From contig OZ250185.1 of the NCBI GenBank assembly GCA_965238265.1, forward strand, positions 2,973,255 to 3,037,254: 64,000 nucleotides of DNA. The letters are read 5' to 3'. Under the pieces are notes generated by a model. It was not told the DNA's origin, ran no database searches, and saw only the letters and a program-made list of their open reading frames with translations. Position numbers and translations under genes: made by a program. Below, piece after piece: positions 1 through 10,119 of the stretch (its first letter is position 1; each line of letters starts with the position of its first letter). Origin of the DNA: Chloroflexota bacterium (lineage in GTDB: Bacteria; Chloroflexota; UBA11872; UBA12225; JAJDUF01).

Positions 1-256
1 CTGCTCTCGCAGCACCAGCCATTGGGCCACCCCGACTCCGACCCCAATCCCGACCCCGGCCCAGGCCACCATCCAGCCCACGGCCACAGCCCCGACCCAG
101 GCCACGATCCAGCCCACGATCCAGCCCGCAACGCTCGCCACCACCCACCGCAGCAAAAAGTCCCAGTCGGGCGCCTTGGCGCTGCCCACAGGCTGGTCAC
201 TACGGTCACCGGTTTGCTCGGCCATCGGGCCTCTCCCCACTCACCCCCGCCGCCGC

Positions 257-556
257 CTATTCCGCCGATCCAAGGTGCGACAGCCGCGCCACTTCCCGCT
301 CCGTCAGCGCCCGGCCGTAGAGCCGCAGGTCGGCCATCCGGCCGCAGAAGTGGTCGTGCGCCCCCATCCCGATCCGCAATGGCCGCTCGTTGCTGAGATC
401 GTAGTCGGCGGCCTGGAACGGCGCCGAGGTGGCCACCACCTCGCCGTCTACGTAGAGCTTCAGCCGGCTCCGCTCGCGGACCGCCGCCAGATGCCGCCAG
501 CCCGGCGCCAATTCCCGGTCATGGGTGACGTTCCGGCCCGCCTCCAGCGAGTACAC
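257..556 (-). CDS. C-terminal LamG/concanavalin-like lectin segment; same reading frame as the 587..1867 ORF and separated from it only by an in-frame TGA
   Basis: Translation LKLYVDGEVVATSAPF...RMADLRLYGRALTEREV is the typical C-terminal half of a LamG domain. The codon phase is identical to the upstream ORF (556 and 1867 are both 1 mod 3). Reading through TGA at 587-589 gives ...VWSMAVYQG*LFGGTLPSGHVYSLEAG, which continues the propeller blade repeat. Confidence 0.55.
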   Translation of the reverse strand: MYSLEAGRNVTHDRELAPGWRHLAAVRERSRLKLYVDGEVVATSAPFQAADYDLSNERPLRIGMGAHDHFCGRMADLRLYGRALTEREVARLSHLGSAE

Positions 557-586
557 GTGACCGGAGGGCAGGGTGCCGCCGAACAG

Positions 587-1867
587 TCACCCCTGATAGA
601 CCGCCATAGACCACACGCGGCGATACTTCACCGCCGGGGTCGTATCCAGTTGGCCCGTAGACACCCACGCGCCGTCGCTATCGTACCGATAGACATTGGC
701 CAGCGGCAACGTACCCGCATAGAGCTTGCCGTTATAGACGGCCATGCCCATCACTTCCAGCTCTTCACCCAAGCGCCCGGTGTTCGCCCACTCCGTCTGC
801 CCGTCCCAGCGAAACACGGTGCCGGAGGGCCACGCGCCGACGTAGAGCCGACCGCCGTGGATAGCGACGGAATACACCTGGGTCGTATCGGCCTGATAGC
901 CGCAGCTCGTCCATTCCGTTCCCCCGTCGTAGCGGAAGAGACCACCACCTTCATTCCCCGTCGCGTACAGGTGGCCGTTGTAGACGGCCAGCGACATCAG
1001 CCGGCGGCCGGGCGTGCCGCAATCTACCCAGCGTTGCCCACCGGCGTAGCGGAACACCCCCTGGCTGTAGAGCGGGATGGCATAGAGTTGCCCTTTGTAG
1101 ACGGTCAGGCCCGCTATCGAGTCGGCACCCGGCAGGTGTCCGCAGTCCGTCCAGCGCCCCTCGTCCTCGTAGCGGTAGATGCGGCCGCCGGGATGTTGGT
1201 TGAGCGACTCCGGCAGGGCCGAGCCGCCGGCACGGTACCGCGAGACGCCGGCATAGAGCTGTCCCTCGTAGATCGCCAGCGCGGCGACGGTATTGCACCG
1301 ATCCGGGCTGCCACAATCCACCCATTGCGTGCCGCCGGCGTAGCGGTAGAGGTGGCCCGCCTCGTCGGCCCCGGTCTCGAACGTGCCGGCATAGAGGTCA
1401 CCGTCATATACGCACAGCGCGTAGACCCGCAAGTTGTTGCCGGGGCGCCCGCAGTCGGTCCACGCCGGCTCCGTCCGGGCGTTGTCAATGCCGAAGTGGA
1501 CGTTGCGCCAGTTGGCTTGGTGCGAGGTCACGCCGGCGTAGTTCTGGATACTGAAGTTGACCCCCCGGCGGCGGTCGGGATCGTACTTGCTGACAATATC
1601 GCCGAGCACGTCGTCGAGCACCTGCGCGGTATGCACCCACACCGAGATCGAAAAATCGTCGGTACCCAAGCGCAGCGCGTCGCTCGCAGCCACCTCGATG
1701 GCAGCGGTGCGGCCGTCGAACCGGGCCGCACCCGACGCGCGGCCGTCCGGTCCCGCCGCCGTGAGATCAGCGCCACGATTGACGCCATCGTGCCCATGCC
1801 CGGAAGCGTCTTGCGTATCGCCGGCCAGCGGCCAATGTCCGATGAGACCCGGATCATCTACAACCAT
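587..1867 (-). CDS. Secreted/surface-type protein with an N-terminal LamG-like segment followed by a beta-propeller (VY-G-LYAGT blades)
   Basis: The N-terminus HWPLAGDTQDASGHGHDG...FSISVWVH is LamG-like. About 7 repeats of VYxGxLYAGT...YRYDGG.W..CG follow. The large + strand ORF 176..2086 is its antisense shadow. Confidence 0.7.
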   Translation of the reverse strand: MVVDDPGLIGHWPLAGDTQDASGHGHDGVNRGADLTAAGPDGRASGAARFDGRTAAIEVAASDALRLGTDDFSISVWVHTAQVLDDVLGDIVSKYDPDRRRGVNFSIQNYAGVTSHQANWRNVHFGIDNARTEPAWTDCGRPGNNLRVYALCVYDGDLYAGTFETGADEAGHLYRYAGGTQWVDCGSPDRCNTVAALAIYEGQLYAGVSRYRAGGSALPESLNQHPGGRIYRYEDEGRWTDCGHLPGADSIAGLTVYKGQLYAIPLYSQGVFRYAGGQRWVDCGTPGRRLMSLAVYNGHLYATGNEGGGLFRYDGGTEWTSCGYQADTTQVYSVAIHGGRLYVGAWPSGTVFRWDGQTEWANTGRLGEELEVMGMAVYNGKLYAGTLPLANVYRYDSDGAWVSTGQLDTTPAVKYRRVWSMAVYQG

Positions 1868-2201
1868 GCCATTCCCTCCGTATTCTCCCCGTCACTGGCA
1901 CAAAAACAACACCCATCCGTCATTGCGGCGCAAGCCGCAATCCAGGCCCCCACCCTAACCATCCCCCGTTGCGACAGGGGAGGGAACATCTCGTCCCCCT
2001 GCCGGAGCGGGAGGACCATAGGGGGACCGTCATTCCCGCGTACACGGGAATCCACGTCCCCCTGCGGAGCGGGGGGGGGGCCATAGGGGGGCCGACATTG
2101 CCCCCGGGCCGCGGCAGCGCTACACGCGAGGCCAGGCCGTGTACTGCCTGGTATTATGCAGCCCAGCACCGCGCAAATTCCATCTGCGCTGAGGAGGACA
2201 T

Positions 2202-3068
2202 ATGATCCTTGACTTCCATACACATATCGGCCAGGGCCATCGGTCAGCCGCGCACGTCATCGCCCATCACAACGCCTACGGCGGCGGCAAGTCGGTGGTG
2301 CTGCCCATCGAGCCTGGCGATTGCACGGCGATGGGCACCTATACGGGCATGAGGACGGAGTTGGCAGTGGAGGCGGTAGAGGAGTACGGCGACGAGCTAA
2401 TCCCGTTCTGTCACGTCAATCCCTTGGCTCCCGACGCGCTCGACCAGCTTCGCCGCTACCATGCCACGGGCAAGTTCTACGGCTTTGGCGAGCACAAGGT
2501 CCGGCTGGCCTGTGACCATCCCCTCTCGCTGGAGATTTACCGTCTGTGTGGTGAGCTAGGCTGGCCGGTGCTCATCCACTTCGAGTACCGCAACTACAGC
2601 TACAACTTCGAGGCCTTCGAGACGGTGCTGAAGACCTGTCCGGAGACGACATTCGTCGGCCACGCCCAAGCCTGGTGGGCCAACGTCAGCGCCGACGTAC
2701 CGCGCGACTACCTGGCGCCGGACTACACGCCCTACCCCAAAGACCCGGTGGTCCGCGGCGGGCTGACCGACCGCTGGCTGGAGGAATACCCCAACATCTA
2801 CGGCGACCTGTCGGCGGGGTCCGGGCTAGGCGCTATTTCCCGGGACCCGGAGTTCGGCAAGGATTTCGTGCGCCGGCACCGCACCAAGCTGCTCTGGGCG
2901 ACGGACTGCCCCTGCCGCGACGGGCACGGGGGCATGGGCGAGGGGAAGAGCCGCGAGTGCTTTTCTTCCCGCACGCTCCCACTGCTCCAGGAATACTGCG
3001 AGTCCGAGGACCACTACGCGGACATCACCTACCGAAACGCCGTGCGTCTGCTGGGGTTGGACGGCTAG
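2202..3068 (+). CDS. Amidohydrolase-2 family metal-dependent hydrolase (TIM barrel)
   Basis: MILDFHTHIG metal-binding start and the ...LIHFEY...WATDCP motifs are typical of PF04909-like amidohydrolases. An RBS-like GAGGAGGA lies upstream. Confidence 0.75.
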   Translation: MILDFHTHIGQGHRSAAHVIAHHNAYGGGKSVVLPIEPGDCTAMGTYTGMRTELAVEAVEEYGDELIPFCHVNPLAPDALDQLRRYHATGKFYGFGEHKVRLACDHPLSLEIYRLCGELGWPVLIHFEYRNYSYNFEAFETVLKTCPETTFVGHAQAWWANVSADVPRDYLAPDYTPYPKDPVVRGGLTDRWLEEYPNIYGDLSAGSGLGAISRDPEFGKDFVRRHRTKLLWATDCPCRDGHGGMGEGKSRECFSSRTLPLLQEYCESEDHYADITYRNAVRLLGLDG

Positions 3069-3544
3069 ACCTCATCCCCCGGCCCGCTCTCCATCGCCGA
3101 GCGATAGCGAGGGGGAGTCTGCCACTCGTCACTCCCGCGCAAGCGGGAATCCAACAACCGGCCCTCCCAGGTTGGCGGGGTGGAGTCACTGCCACCACTG
3201 CGCGCCGTTCTTGGAGATTACGCAAAGGTCTCCGTGCGCGGGAATGACGGGCGGTAGACCCTGCCCCGCAGGTTGCTTCTGCGCGCGTCATCACCAGGTA
3301 CGCTCCGCTCACTTGCCCTCCTCGGCGGAGCACGCACAGTCCTCGGCGCTCGGCGTCCCTACCGCTGCCGCCTGCACGGCGGTCACCGTCGGCGCCGGCG
3401 CCGGTGTGCCCGCCTCGCCGCTCCCGGCCAGCCAGCCGCCGAGCGCCGAGGACGGCCCCGATCACCAGGATCATCCCCAGGATATGTAGCTCCCGCTCAA
3501 AGGCCTTGATCCGCGCCCGTAGCTTCTCCATACCCCGACTCTCC

Positions 3545-5083
3545 TCACCTCGGTCTGTCGCTTACCTCTGCCTCGGATAAGGTGCCATGAGCGATAGCGG
3601 ATTGGTCAGCGTTGGTGGCTAACGTCTCGACGAGTTTCAATACTTCTCCCTCAACTTGACCAACTGAGGGAAGTGCGATCTTCGGTCGCTTCCGGATAAT
3701 TGCTTCGAACTGCGGTTCGAACTCTATGCGGACCAACTTGCGAAGACCATCTTCACCGGTGGCCTTATTCGACTCCTTAAACATGTAGCGTAGCCACTTC
3801 GGATTCGCCGTCCTTTTGACCTCCGACGCTATGTGTTCAACCTCATCATCCATGAGCATGTACTCAAATGCCAGCGTTTGAATCTCGTCTTGCAGAACGG
3901 TAAGCAAGTGCTTGGAGTCGTCGTCAGCTACTGTGTCAGCAACGATCTTGGCTGCGGCAGAGCCTCCAAGGCCGCCGCCCAATGCGCCCACGATGCCTCC
4001 AACCACTCCACCGGCAGCCGTGCCGATGACAGGAACTGCCGTTCCGATTGTAGCCCCTACGCCCGCGCCTATCATCCATCCTGCAGTACCAGTTGCAACG
4101 CCAGTGACATTCACTGAGGCATTCTTCGTGAACTGTCGCCATGAAATCGAACGGTCGAAAGCTGCCCTGTAGAAGTCAGGGGTGATCGTAACCGCTGTTG
4201 CTACTGTCCCTGTAATAGCGTTGGTGCGAAGGAGCTTGGACACATGGTTGACTGCCGCGGCGCCGTAGACCGCTTTCCCAAGTGATCCCGCGGCAATGCG
4301 ATGGACTGCCGCACGACCAACGGCTGTGCCCGATATGGCCTTTACTCCGCTACGAACCGAAACGACTCCGGCGGCAGCGGCCTTAGTGCGTAGTAGCTGT
4401 GCGCTCGCTATCCCTGTGATTAACGCTGTGCTGCCATCCACAATTGCACGCTTGAGGGACTCCCTCGTCGCATCTTGCGTGCTCTCGCCGCGCCAGCGGC
4501 TCTGCGCGAAGGTGACCACGAACGAAACCGTAGCTACAAAAGTGGAAGTTACGGCTTGCGTCCCGGCGTCAAAAATCAGGGAATCGACATTTCCCGCCCG
4601 TGCGATATTCCTTGCCTGCTTGTAGGTCACCGTTCCCCGCTGGACTAACTTCTCGGCATCTGCGGGATTCGAGAATTCCGGGACCTTGCCCTGCGCGATC
4701 CGATCACGCATTAACTCTACGCAGTCTACGTACTGGTCCTTCGGAACTTCAAGGACTTGCCTAGTATAGCGGTAATAACCAGAGCTTGAATCGAACGCCG
4801 CCGCGACAGTTTCAGGCGCGCTCTGAAAGTACTTTGATTGAACACGCAACCCATCGACTACACGATCCGCACCATTCAATTCACAGGATACCCCAACTAC
4901 CTCAGCGCTCTTGCCTCTGATGGTATCAGCGAAATTATTAGCGTCCTCTGCTGCAAAGCCGTGTCCGCCCCTGGTGTGGTACCTGGTGATCTGTGTCTTC
5001 TCTAAAGCCTGCGCTACAAGTGGTGCGGGCAGCGCATCGCTTGCTCCCGTCGTCTCTATGTCTTCGGATCTGAGCTTTCCCAT
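3545..5083 (-). CDS. Hypothetical 512-aa protein in a low-GC island; central glycine-zipper/Ala-Gly-Thr-rich segment (GAGVGATIGTAVPVIGTAAGGVVGGIVGALGGGLGG) and acidic/helical C-terminal region
   Basis: Long ORF with coherent non-GC-biased composition. Local GC is ~52-55% versus ~67% in flanking genes. I recognise no family. The glycine zipper predicts a membrane-inserting segment. Confidence 0.6.
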   Translation of the reverse strand: MGKLRSEDIETTGASDALPAPLVAQALEKTQITRYHTRGGHGFAAEDANNFADTIRGKSAEVVGVSCELNGADRVVDGLRVQSKYFQSAPETVAAAFDSSSGYYRYTRQVLEVPKDQYVDCVELMRDRIAQGKVPEFSNPADAEKLVQRGTVTYKQARNIARAGNVDSLIFDAGTQAVTSTFVATVSFVVTFAQSRWRGESTQDATRESLKRAIVDGSTALITGIASAQLLRTKAAAAGVVSVRSGVKAISGTAVGRAAVHRIAAGSLGKAVYGAAAVNHVSKLLRTNAITGTVATAVTITPDFYRAAFDRSISWRQFTKNASVNVTGVATGTAGWMIGAGVGATIGTAVPVIGTAAGGVVGGIVGALGGGLGGSAAAKIVADTVADDDSKHLLTVLQDEIQTLAFEYMLMDDEVEHIASEVKRTANPKWLRYMFKESNKATGEDGLRKLVRIEFEPQFEAIIRKRPKIALPSVGQVEGEVLKLVETLATNADQSAIAHGTLSEAEVSDRPR

Positions 5084-5166
5084 CTATCTTTCCTCCATCT
5101 TCGCAACTGTCGAACTGATACCGGAGCCGCTGTTCTGCCTATGGGAACTAGGACGAGTTTCAGTCC

Positions 5167-5547
5167 TCACCCGGTCACTATAGCGGAATCAACGGCTGCG
5201 GCTAGCTCGGGGGTGGGCCGCAACACGCGCTCTAGGTGCTTCCGTGCCACAGCATAGTTGATAGGCGCATCGGGGAGCGCCGGCGCCGTGTCCTCCTGCC
5301 GGCCCAACCAGGCACGAAAGCCGGGGATGATGATGCTCAGGGGTACGTTCGTCTCGGGATGGACGCTGATTTCCAGATCGTCGCCAAGCGGTTCAACCAC
5401 CCCGCCGCGGCCCCGGCTGCCAGCTAAGAACACCTCCATCCAGCCACCATCGGGGATGTAGTCCCATTCGGCGTCCGGCAGCCCAGCCAGGATGACCGAC
5501 TGCAACGCACCAGTCCTAGCGAACAGCGCGCTCGAACAACGCTTCAC
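5167..5547 (-). CDS. Small hypothetical protein with a minimal nucleotidyltransferase-like hG[GS]-x12-D-h-E motif ([21 protein letters not shown])
   Basis: The motif pattern resembles MNT/pol-beta-fold NTases. The true start may be the internal Met (MEVFLAGS...). Weak call. Confidence 0.3.
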   Translation of the reverse strand: MKRCSSALFARTGALQSVILAGLPDAEWDYIPDGGWMEVFLAGSRGRGGVVEPLGDDLEISVHPETNVPLSIIIPGFRAWLGRQEDTAPALPDAPINYAVARKHLERVLRPTPELAAAVDSAIVTG

Positions 5548-5752
5548 GGAGGCCGTCCAACAGCCCTTCCAGCCGCGCGTGGCGCTGCTCCAGGTTCGAC
5601 AGGCGGGATTCTAGCCGGTCTAGCCATCCATCCAGCCGGCCCAACAGCCCTTCCAGCCGCTCGAACCGCTTATCGGCGCGTTGGGCGGATGCGACCAAGA
5701 CGGCCACGACTGCTACGCCGACACCCAGGATGCCCACTAGCTCCGGCGTCAT
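5516..5752 (-). CDS. Small protein: N-terminal TM helix plus leucine-zipper-like coiled coil ([33 protein letters not shown])
   Basis: The ORF has a hydrophobic N-terminus and a heptad repeat. It overlaps the preceding ORF by 32 nt. Uncertain. Confidence 0.3.
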   Translation of the reverse strand: MTPELVGILGVGVAVVAVLVASAQRADKRFERLEGLLGRLDGWLDRLESRLSNLEQRHARLEGLLDGLREALFERAVR

Positions 5753-5909
5753 GGCTTCCTCTGCACAACTGCGAAAATTGTTTCAGTCCTGCGGCCACTA
5801 TACCGGACGCGCCACTGGTGCGGCCGCGAGGCCGGAGTGGGCGCCGGGGACAGCGGCCCAGTACCGACACTTGGGGGGTACGAAACGGCAAGACTACTGC
5901 TCTCAGCGG

Positions 5910-5986
<77 letters not shown>

Positions 5987-6142
5987 TGGTGCCGGCCCCC
6001 GGAGGGCCAGGGATACCCGGCACCGTGTCGTCATTCTAGCACGAGCGGGCCTCTCCAGCTAGTGCGCCGTTGACATTTCCCGACCATTCCCACGAAAGCG
6101 GGAATCCAGAGCGGGGGTGAGGCGCGGATACCCATGGCTGCG

Positions 6143-7333
6143 CTACGTCCCGGCCGGCCGTTCGGCAGTCGCGGGGCGATGCCAACCAATGGGTAGCAAG
6201 ATCAGCAGCGATGCTCCGGCCGCGGCCCAAAAGACCGGCCCTGCCCCGGCGGCGGCGTACAGTGGCGTATAGAGCACCGGCGCACAGGCTGCTCCCGCGA
6301 ATCGAAACGTGTTGTACACAGAGCTGGCGCCGCCGCGCTGCGCCGGCAAGGCTTCGACCGCCATCGTATGGAGGCCGGACCACATGAATGCCGCCGCCCC
6401 GCCCGCAGCGAGATAGCCGGCCGCGAAGGACCACGGCCCCGTCGCGGCAACAAGGAGCGCGGTGCAGAGCGCGGTAACCAGCGTGCCTGTCGCGACGACC
6501 GTGCGCCGCCCCCAACGGTCGGCCGCCCGACCACCCCACGGCGCCGCCAGCATCCCCGCCAGACCGAAGCCGGCGAGGACGGCGCCGCTCTGTGCCGCAC
6601 CCAGCTGCAAGGGTGCTTCCAGGTGCAGGGCCACGATAAACGGGATACCGTTGATCCCCACGTAACCGAGCCAGCCCGCTACACAGAGCAGCACCAGGCG
6701 GCGGTTTGCCAGACCGCGCATGAGCACCGCCAGTCCGGTGCTTCTCGCTTGCTGGGCAGGCGACGCCGCTACCCGGAGGCGGCGATACCACCAGGCATAG
6801 TACGCCGCCAACGCCGTACAGACGGCCGTGAGCAGCACGTACACCAGCCGCCAACTCGTAGCGGCAAAGGCGCCGCCGAGCAGCGGCGCGAGCAGGAGAC
6901 CGGCGGTGTTGACCGTCGTGAACACCCCCAACGCCCGTCCCAGACGCGGTGCCGGCACCACGTCGCCCAGCGTGGCCATGATGATCGGGGTGACGAAAGC
7001 GTTGGCGGCGCCTTGGATCACGCGCGCGGCCAGAAATATCTCGATGCTTGGCGCTGCGGCCGCGAGCGCCGCGGCGGCGGCAAACGCCGCGCAGCCGCCC
7101 GTCACGGTGCCGCCGCGGGAGAAGCGGTCGGCAATGGTGCCGGAGACGAGCTGCAAGAGCACGAACGGCACCATGTAGGCCGTGACCACCGCCGTCACCT
7201 GCCCGAGGGTTGCAGTGAAGTCGTCCCGCAGCACTGGCAGCAATACATTGGTGACCCCGCCCATGAGCGGGCCGATAAACACTCCGAGGTACAAGCCAGC
7301 CAGCGACGTGGGAGCGGCCGAGCGGTCACGCAT
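6143..7333 (-). CDS. MFS transporter
   Basis: 12-TM hydrophobic profile. The MFS signature region is ...LLQLVSGTIADRFSRGG.... Confidence 0.8.
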   Translation of the reverse strand: MRDRSAAPTSLAGLYLGVFIGPLMGGVTNVLLPVLRDDFTATLGQVTAVVTAYMVPFVLLQLVSGTIADRFSRGGTVTGGCAAFAAAAALAAAAPSIEIFLAARVIQGAANAFVTPIIMATLGDVVPAPRLGRALGVFTTVNTAGLLLAPLLGGAFAATSWRLVYVLLTAVCTALAAYYAWWYRRLRVAASPAQQARSTGLAVLMRGLANRRLVLLCVAGWLGYVGINGIPFIVALHLEAPLQLGAAQSGAVLAGFGLAGMLAAPWGGRAADRWGRRTVVATGTLVTALCTALLVAATGPWSFAAGYLAAGGAAAFMWSGLHTMAVEALPAQRGGASSVYNTFRFAGAACAPVLYTPLYAAAGAGPVFWAAAGASLLILLPIGWHRPATAERPAGT

Positions 7334-7356
7334 GGGCCGGGTGGCCCTGTTCGGCG

Positions 7357-8202
7357 CTACGACACATAGACGAACCGCTCGTTGCGGGCCAGGATGTGGA
7401 AGCGCTGCTCGGGGTAGTGGTCGGTGAGATAGTCCACGAAGTGCGCGACGCGCACGGTGTTCGCGGCGAACATGCCGTAGTGAATGGGGATGATCAGGTC
7501 CGCGCCCATCGCTACGCCGAGATCCGCTGCCTCACGGTACGAGAAGTTGCCGATGATGCCCTGTTGCTCGCGAAACCAGTCCCGGCCGTTGATCGGGAGA
7601 AGCGCAATGTTCACCGCCAACTGTTGGAGGCGCGCCAGCAGGCCCTCGTACAGCACCGTGTCGCCAGGGTGGTAGATACGCACCTGGTTCATCTCGATGA
7701 CATACCCCAGATACCGGCTGGGGTCGAGGTCGTAGTGCGCTGCCGGAACGGGCGTGACCCGCACACGATCCGCGGGCAGCAGCCGGTCACTTTCCGCGAC
7801 AATGGTGCGCTCGGCCGCGATACCCAGCTGGGCAAGCGCCGCCCGCCCGGCGGCCGGAGCGGCAAACTGCGCCGCCGGCGAGGCCGCTGCGAGCGCGGGG
7901 ATCGTGCCGGGGTCCAGATGATCGGCATGATCGTGGGTGATGAGCACGAGGTCGGCGTTGGTCACGTCCGCGGGCCGCAGCGGCGGTTGCCACAGGCGGG
8001 GCATCGGTCGGCCCTCACGCTCCATCAGCGTTTCCAAGTGCCCCGACAAAAACGGATCAACGTACACCATCCGGTGGCCCTTGAGCGCAATGCTGGCCTG
8101 ACCAAGGTTCCACAGCGCGACCATCCCGGGGCCTAGCGCGGTCGCGGTCATCTCGGCAATCAAGTCGGCACCCTGCGGACGCTGGCGCTGTGATTGGGTC
8201 AT
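7357..8202 (-). CDS. MBL-fold metallo-hydrolase
   Basis: HxHxDH motif present (LITHDHADHLD) with downstream His/Asp ligands. A 4-nt overlap with the upstream gene suggests an operon. Confidence 0.8.
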   Translation of the reverse strand: MTQSQRQRPQGADLIAEMTATALGPGMVALWNLGQASIALKGHRMVYVDPFLSGHLETLMEREGRPMPRLWQPPLRPADVTNADLVLITHDHADHLDPGTIPALAAASPAAQFAAPAAGRAALAQLGIAAERTIVAESDRLLPADRVRVTPVPAAHYDLDPSRYLGYVIEMNQVRIYHPGDTVLYEGLLARLQQLAVNIALLPINGRDWFREQQGIIGNFSYREAADLGVAMGADLIIPIHYGMFAANTVRVAHFVDYLTDHYPEQRFHILARNERFVYVS

Positions 8203-10088
8203 GGTGGCTCTCCACTGGCAGTACGTTCGCGCTGTGCTCCGGCGGCGCCGTTGCGGCCCGCACGCGCGGGGGCCAGGGTCGTGAGTATGGGCGCGACCGG
8301 CTTGCGCCGCTGGGTCGGATCAATAATCCCGGCCAGGATGCGATGCATATGGACTGCTTCGCCGACAGTCTCCGGGTCGAACGTGAGGTGGTTGGGCAAC
8401 AGCATGAAGGGGTAGGACTGATCACCACCGACAGCGGCATGACAGCCGGCCTGCTGCTCGAACGTATAGGTGTGTACCTTGGAGTTCCTGCGACCGGCCG
8501 GACGCCAGATGTCCGCCAGGCAGATGATATCCCCGCAGGCCTCCATGCGGGCGAAACTGATGAGCTGGCGCAACACGATGGTCGGTTCTTCGTAGCGCAA
8601 CAGGGGATTGGCGCCCTCCTGGGACAGAATCAGGTCGTCGAGCGGCAGCTGCCAGCTGCTACGCGGGCCAGCCTCGTCGCTCGGCGGCAGTCGGAGCCGC
8701 AACGACCCTTCACGACCGACCACCGCCAGCGCAGCTTCCTCGCGGGTAATCACGAGCGCAATCCCTTGCTGCGCCACCAGCACTGCCAAGAAGCCGGGGG
8801 CCAGCTGCTCGATCTCGGTGCGGTACAGCCGCCGCTCGAACCCGCGCACCCAGATCTGTGCCAGGGAGCCACAAGAAACCACCAGCACGTGCGGGTGGGC
8901 CTGTAGCTCTCCAGAGTCTACGAAGAAGCGTTCGCCGAACTTGATCGCCCCAGCACTGCCCAACTCGAGGATCATCGCGCCAATGCGGCCCCAGGTGTTG
9001 AGCCAGCCGGTATCCTGCCGGGGGACTCGTCGGGCAATCCACTGGGCTTGCTGTGGGGAGGGGTAGTGCGACTTGGTAGCCCACCACCGGGTCACCCAGT
9101 CCTCCAGGCTTGCGCCAAATGCCTGCGTGAAGGGCTGTGCGGGTGTCATCCCATGGTCACTCAGCACCACGATGTCGTACTCCCGCTCACACCGCTGCCG
9201 GGTCTCGAAGACCTTGCCGATAGCGCTATCAATTCCGCGCAGGGCACGCAGGGCCGTGCGCGACATGGGGCCGCTCCGATGGCCGATAATGTCGTAGCCA
9301 ATGAAGCAGCTATAGATCACCGGCACACCGCGCAGCATGTCCAGCCGGGTGCCGGTGGCGACGATCTCGCGCGGGAGGATGTTGAGTAGCACGCGGATGA
9401 AGGGGAACGCATCGAGACCGAGGCGGCGATGACGCTTCAGCACGCTCCACACGCTATCCTCGATCTCTTGCACGATCTCCCACACGGCATCGAGGAGAAA
9501 GCGGAGCACCTTGCCCGGGTTGAGCAGTAGGATAATGAGCGAACGGAGCAGCGCTTGGCCGGGGCGATACCAGTGGGCGCTGGTGCCCGCGATGGTCAGC
9601 ACGTTCCAGCGCGCCCCGCCGGAGATGATGCTGGCATAGCTACTGCCCCCCGCCAGCAACCCGCGATGCGTCGCCGCCAGCCGCCGCTCCTCGCGGCGCA
9701 TATGCACCGGATTGGCCCCGACAACACGCTTCTGGCTCGCGCGGTCAAACCAATAGAACCCGACGATGCCGTCCGTCGTCCCGTAGAGCAGGCCGCTCTG
9801 CACGGCCGGCGTATCGGCCACCAGCCCGCAGCGCCAGCGATAGCGCTGATAGAGGTCGCGGTCGAGCAAATCACGCAGGAACGGTAGATAGCCCTGGCGC
9901 AGTGCGGAGCGGAGATGGTCGTGGCCCAGACCATCAATCTCGATGAACACCGTGCCATGTCGCCCGGCTGCGCCCGGCTCGGGGTACATCCCGAGCAGAC
10001 GCGCCAGCAGCAGATACCGGCCCTGCAAAAACCATACCGACCACCGTCGGATATGGTGCCACGCGCGCTCGATACGACTCGAAATCAT
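8199..10088 (-). CDS. Alkaline-phosphatase-superfamily protein (type I phosphodiesterase / nucleotide pyrophosphatase-like)
   Basis: The metal-ligand motifs IEIDGLGHDHL and VVLSDHGM are characteristic of the AlkP core. Confidence 0.65.
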   Translation of the reverse strand: MISSRIERAWHHIRRWSVWFLQGRYLLLARLLGMYPEPGAAGRHGTVFIEIDGLGHDHLRSALRQGYLPFLRDLLDRDLYQRYRWRCGLVADTPAVQSGLLYGTTDGIVGFYWFDRASQKRVVGANPVHMRREERRLAATHRGLLAGGSSYASIISGGARWNVLTIAGTSAHWYRPGQALLRSLIILLLNPGKVLRFLLDAVWEIVQEIEDSVWSVLKRHRRLGLDAFPFIRVLLNILPREIVATGTRLDMLRGVPVIYSCFIGYDIIGHRSGPMSRTALRALRGIDSAIGKVFETRQRCEREYDIVVLSDHGMTPAQPFTQAFGASLEDWVTRWWATKSHYPSPQQAQWIARRVPRQDTGWLNTWGRIGAMILELGSAGAIKFGERFFVDSGELQAHPHVLVVSCGSLAQIWVRGFERRLYRTEIEQLAPGFLAVLVAQQGIALVITREEAALAVVGREGSLRLRLPPSDEAGPRSSWQLPLDDLILSQEGANPLLRYEEPTIVLRQLISFARMEACGDIICLADIWRPAGRRNSKVHTYTFEQQAGCHAAVGGDQSYPFMLLPNHLTFDPETVGEAVHMHRILAGIIDPTQRRKPVAPILTTLAPARAGRNGAAGAQRERTASGEPP

Positions 10089-10119
10089 AGGCTTGAAGTG
10101 AAGCGCTCTGTACCAACCA

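Noticed and set aside
176-2086. 636-aa + strand ORF
   Set aside because: Arg/Pro/Gly-rich, low-complexity translation typical of the antisense frame of a high-GC gene. The minus-strand ORF carries recognisable LamG/propeller motifs.
3025-3531. 168-aa minus-strand ORF beginning MEKLRARIKAFERELHILGMILVIGAVLGA
   Set aside because: Only the first ~35 aa (one TM helix) look protein-like. The remainder is translation of a REP element and the end of the amidohydrolase gene. A short membrane peptide is possible but its end cannot be defined, so it is not called.
3070-3545. Direct repeat of the tRNA-Pro 3' end (att site) bounding the low-GC island
   Set aside because: Searched by eye for GGATTCGAACC / TGGTCGGGAAGG-like segments in 3070-3545 and found none. 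The island boundary is therefore inferred from composition only.
6368-7369. 333-aa + strand ORF (also 11212..12534, 7396..8136, 8190..8906, 17635..18582, 19521..20183, 27309..28118, 59868..60437, 63366..63986)
   Set aside because: All are antisense or alternative-frame ORFs inside well-supported genes. High GC suppresses stop codons in wrong frames.
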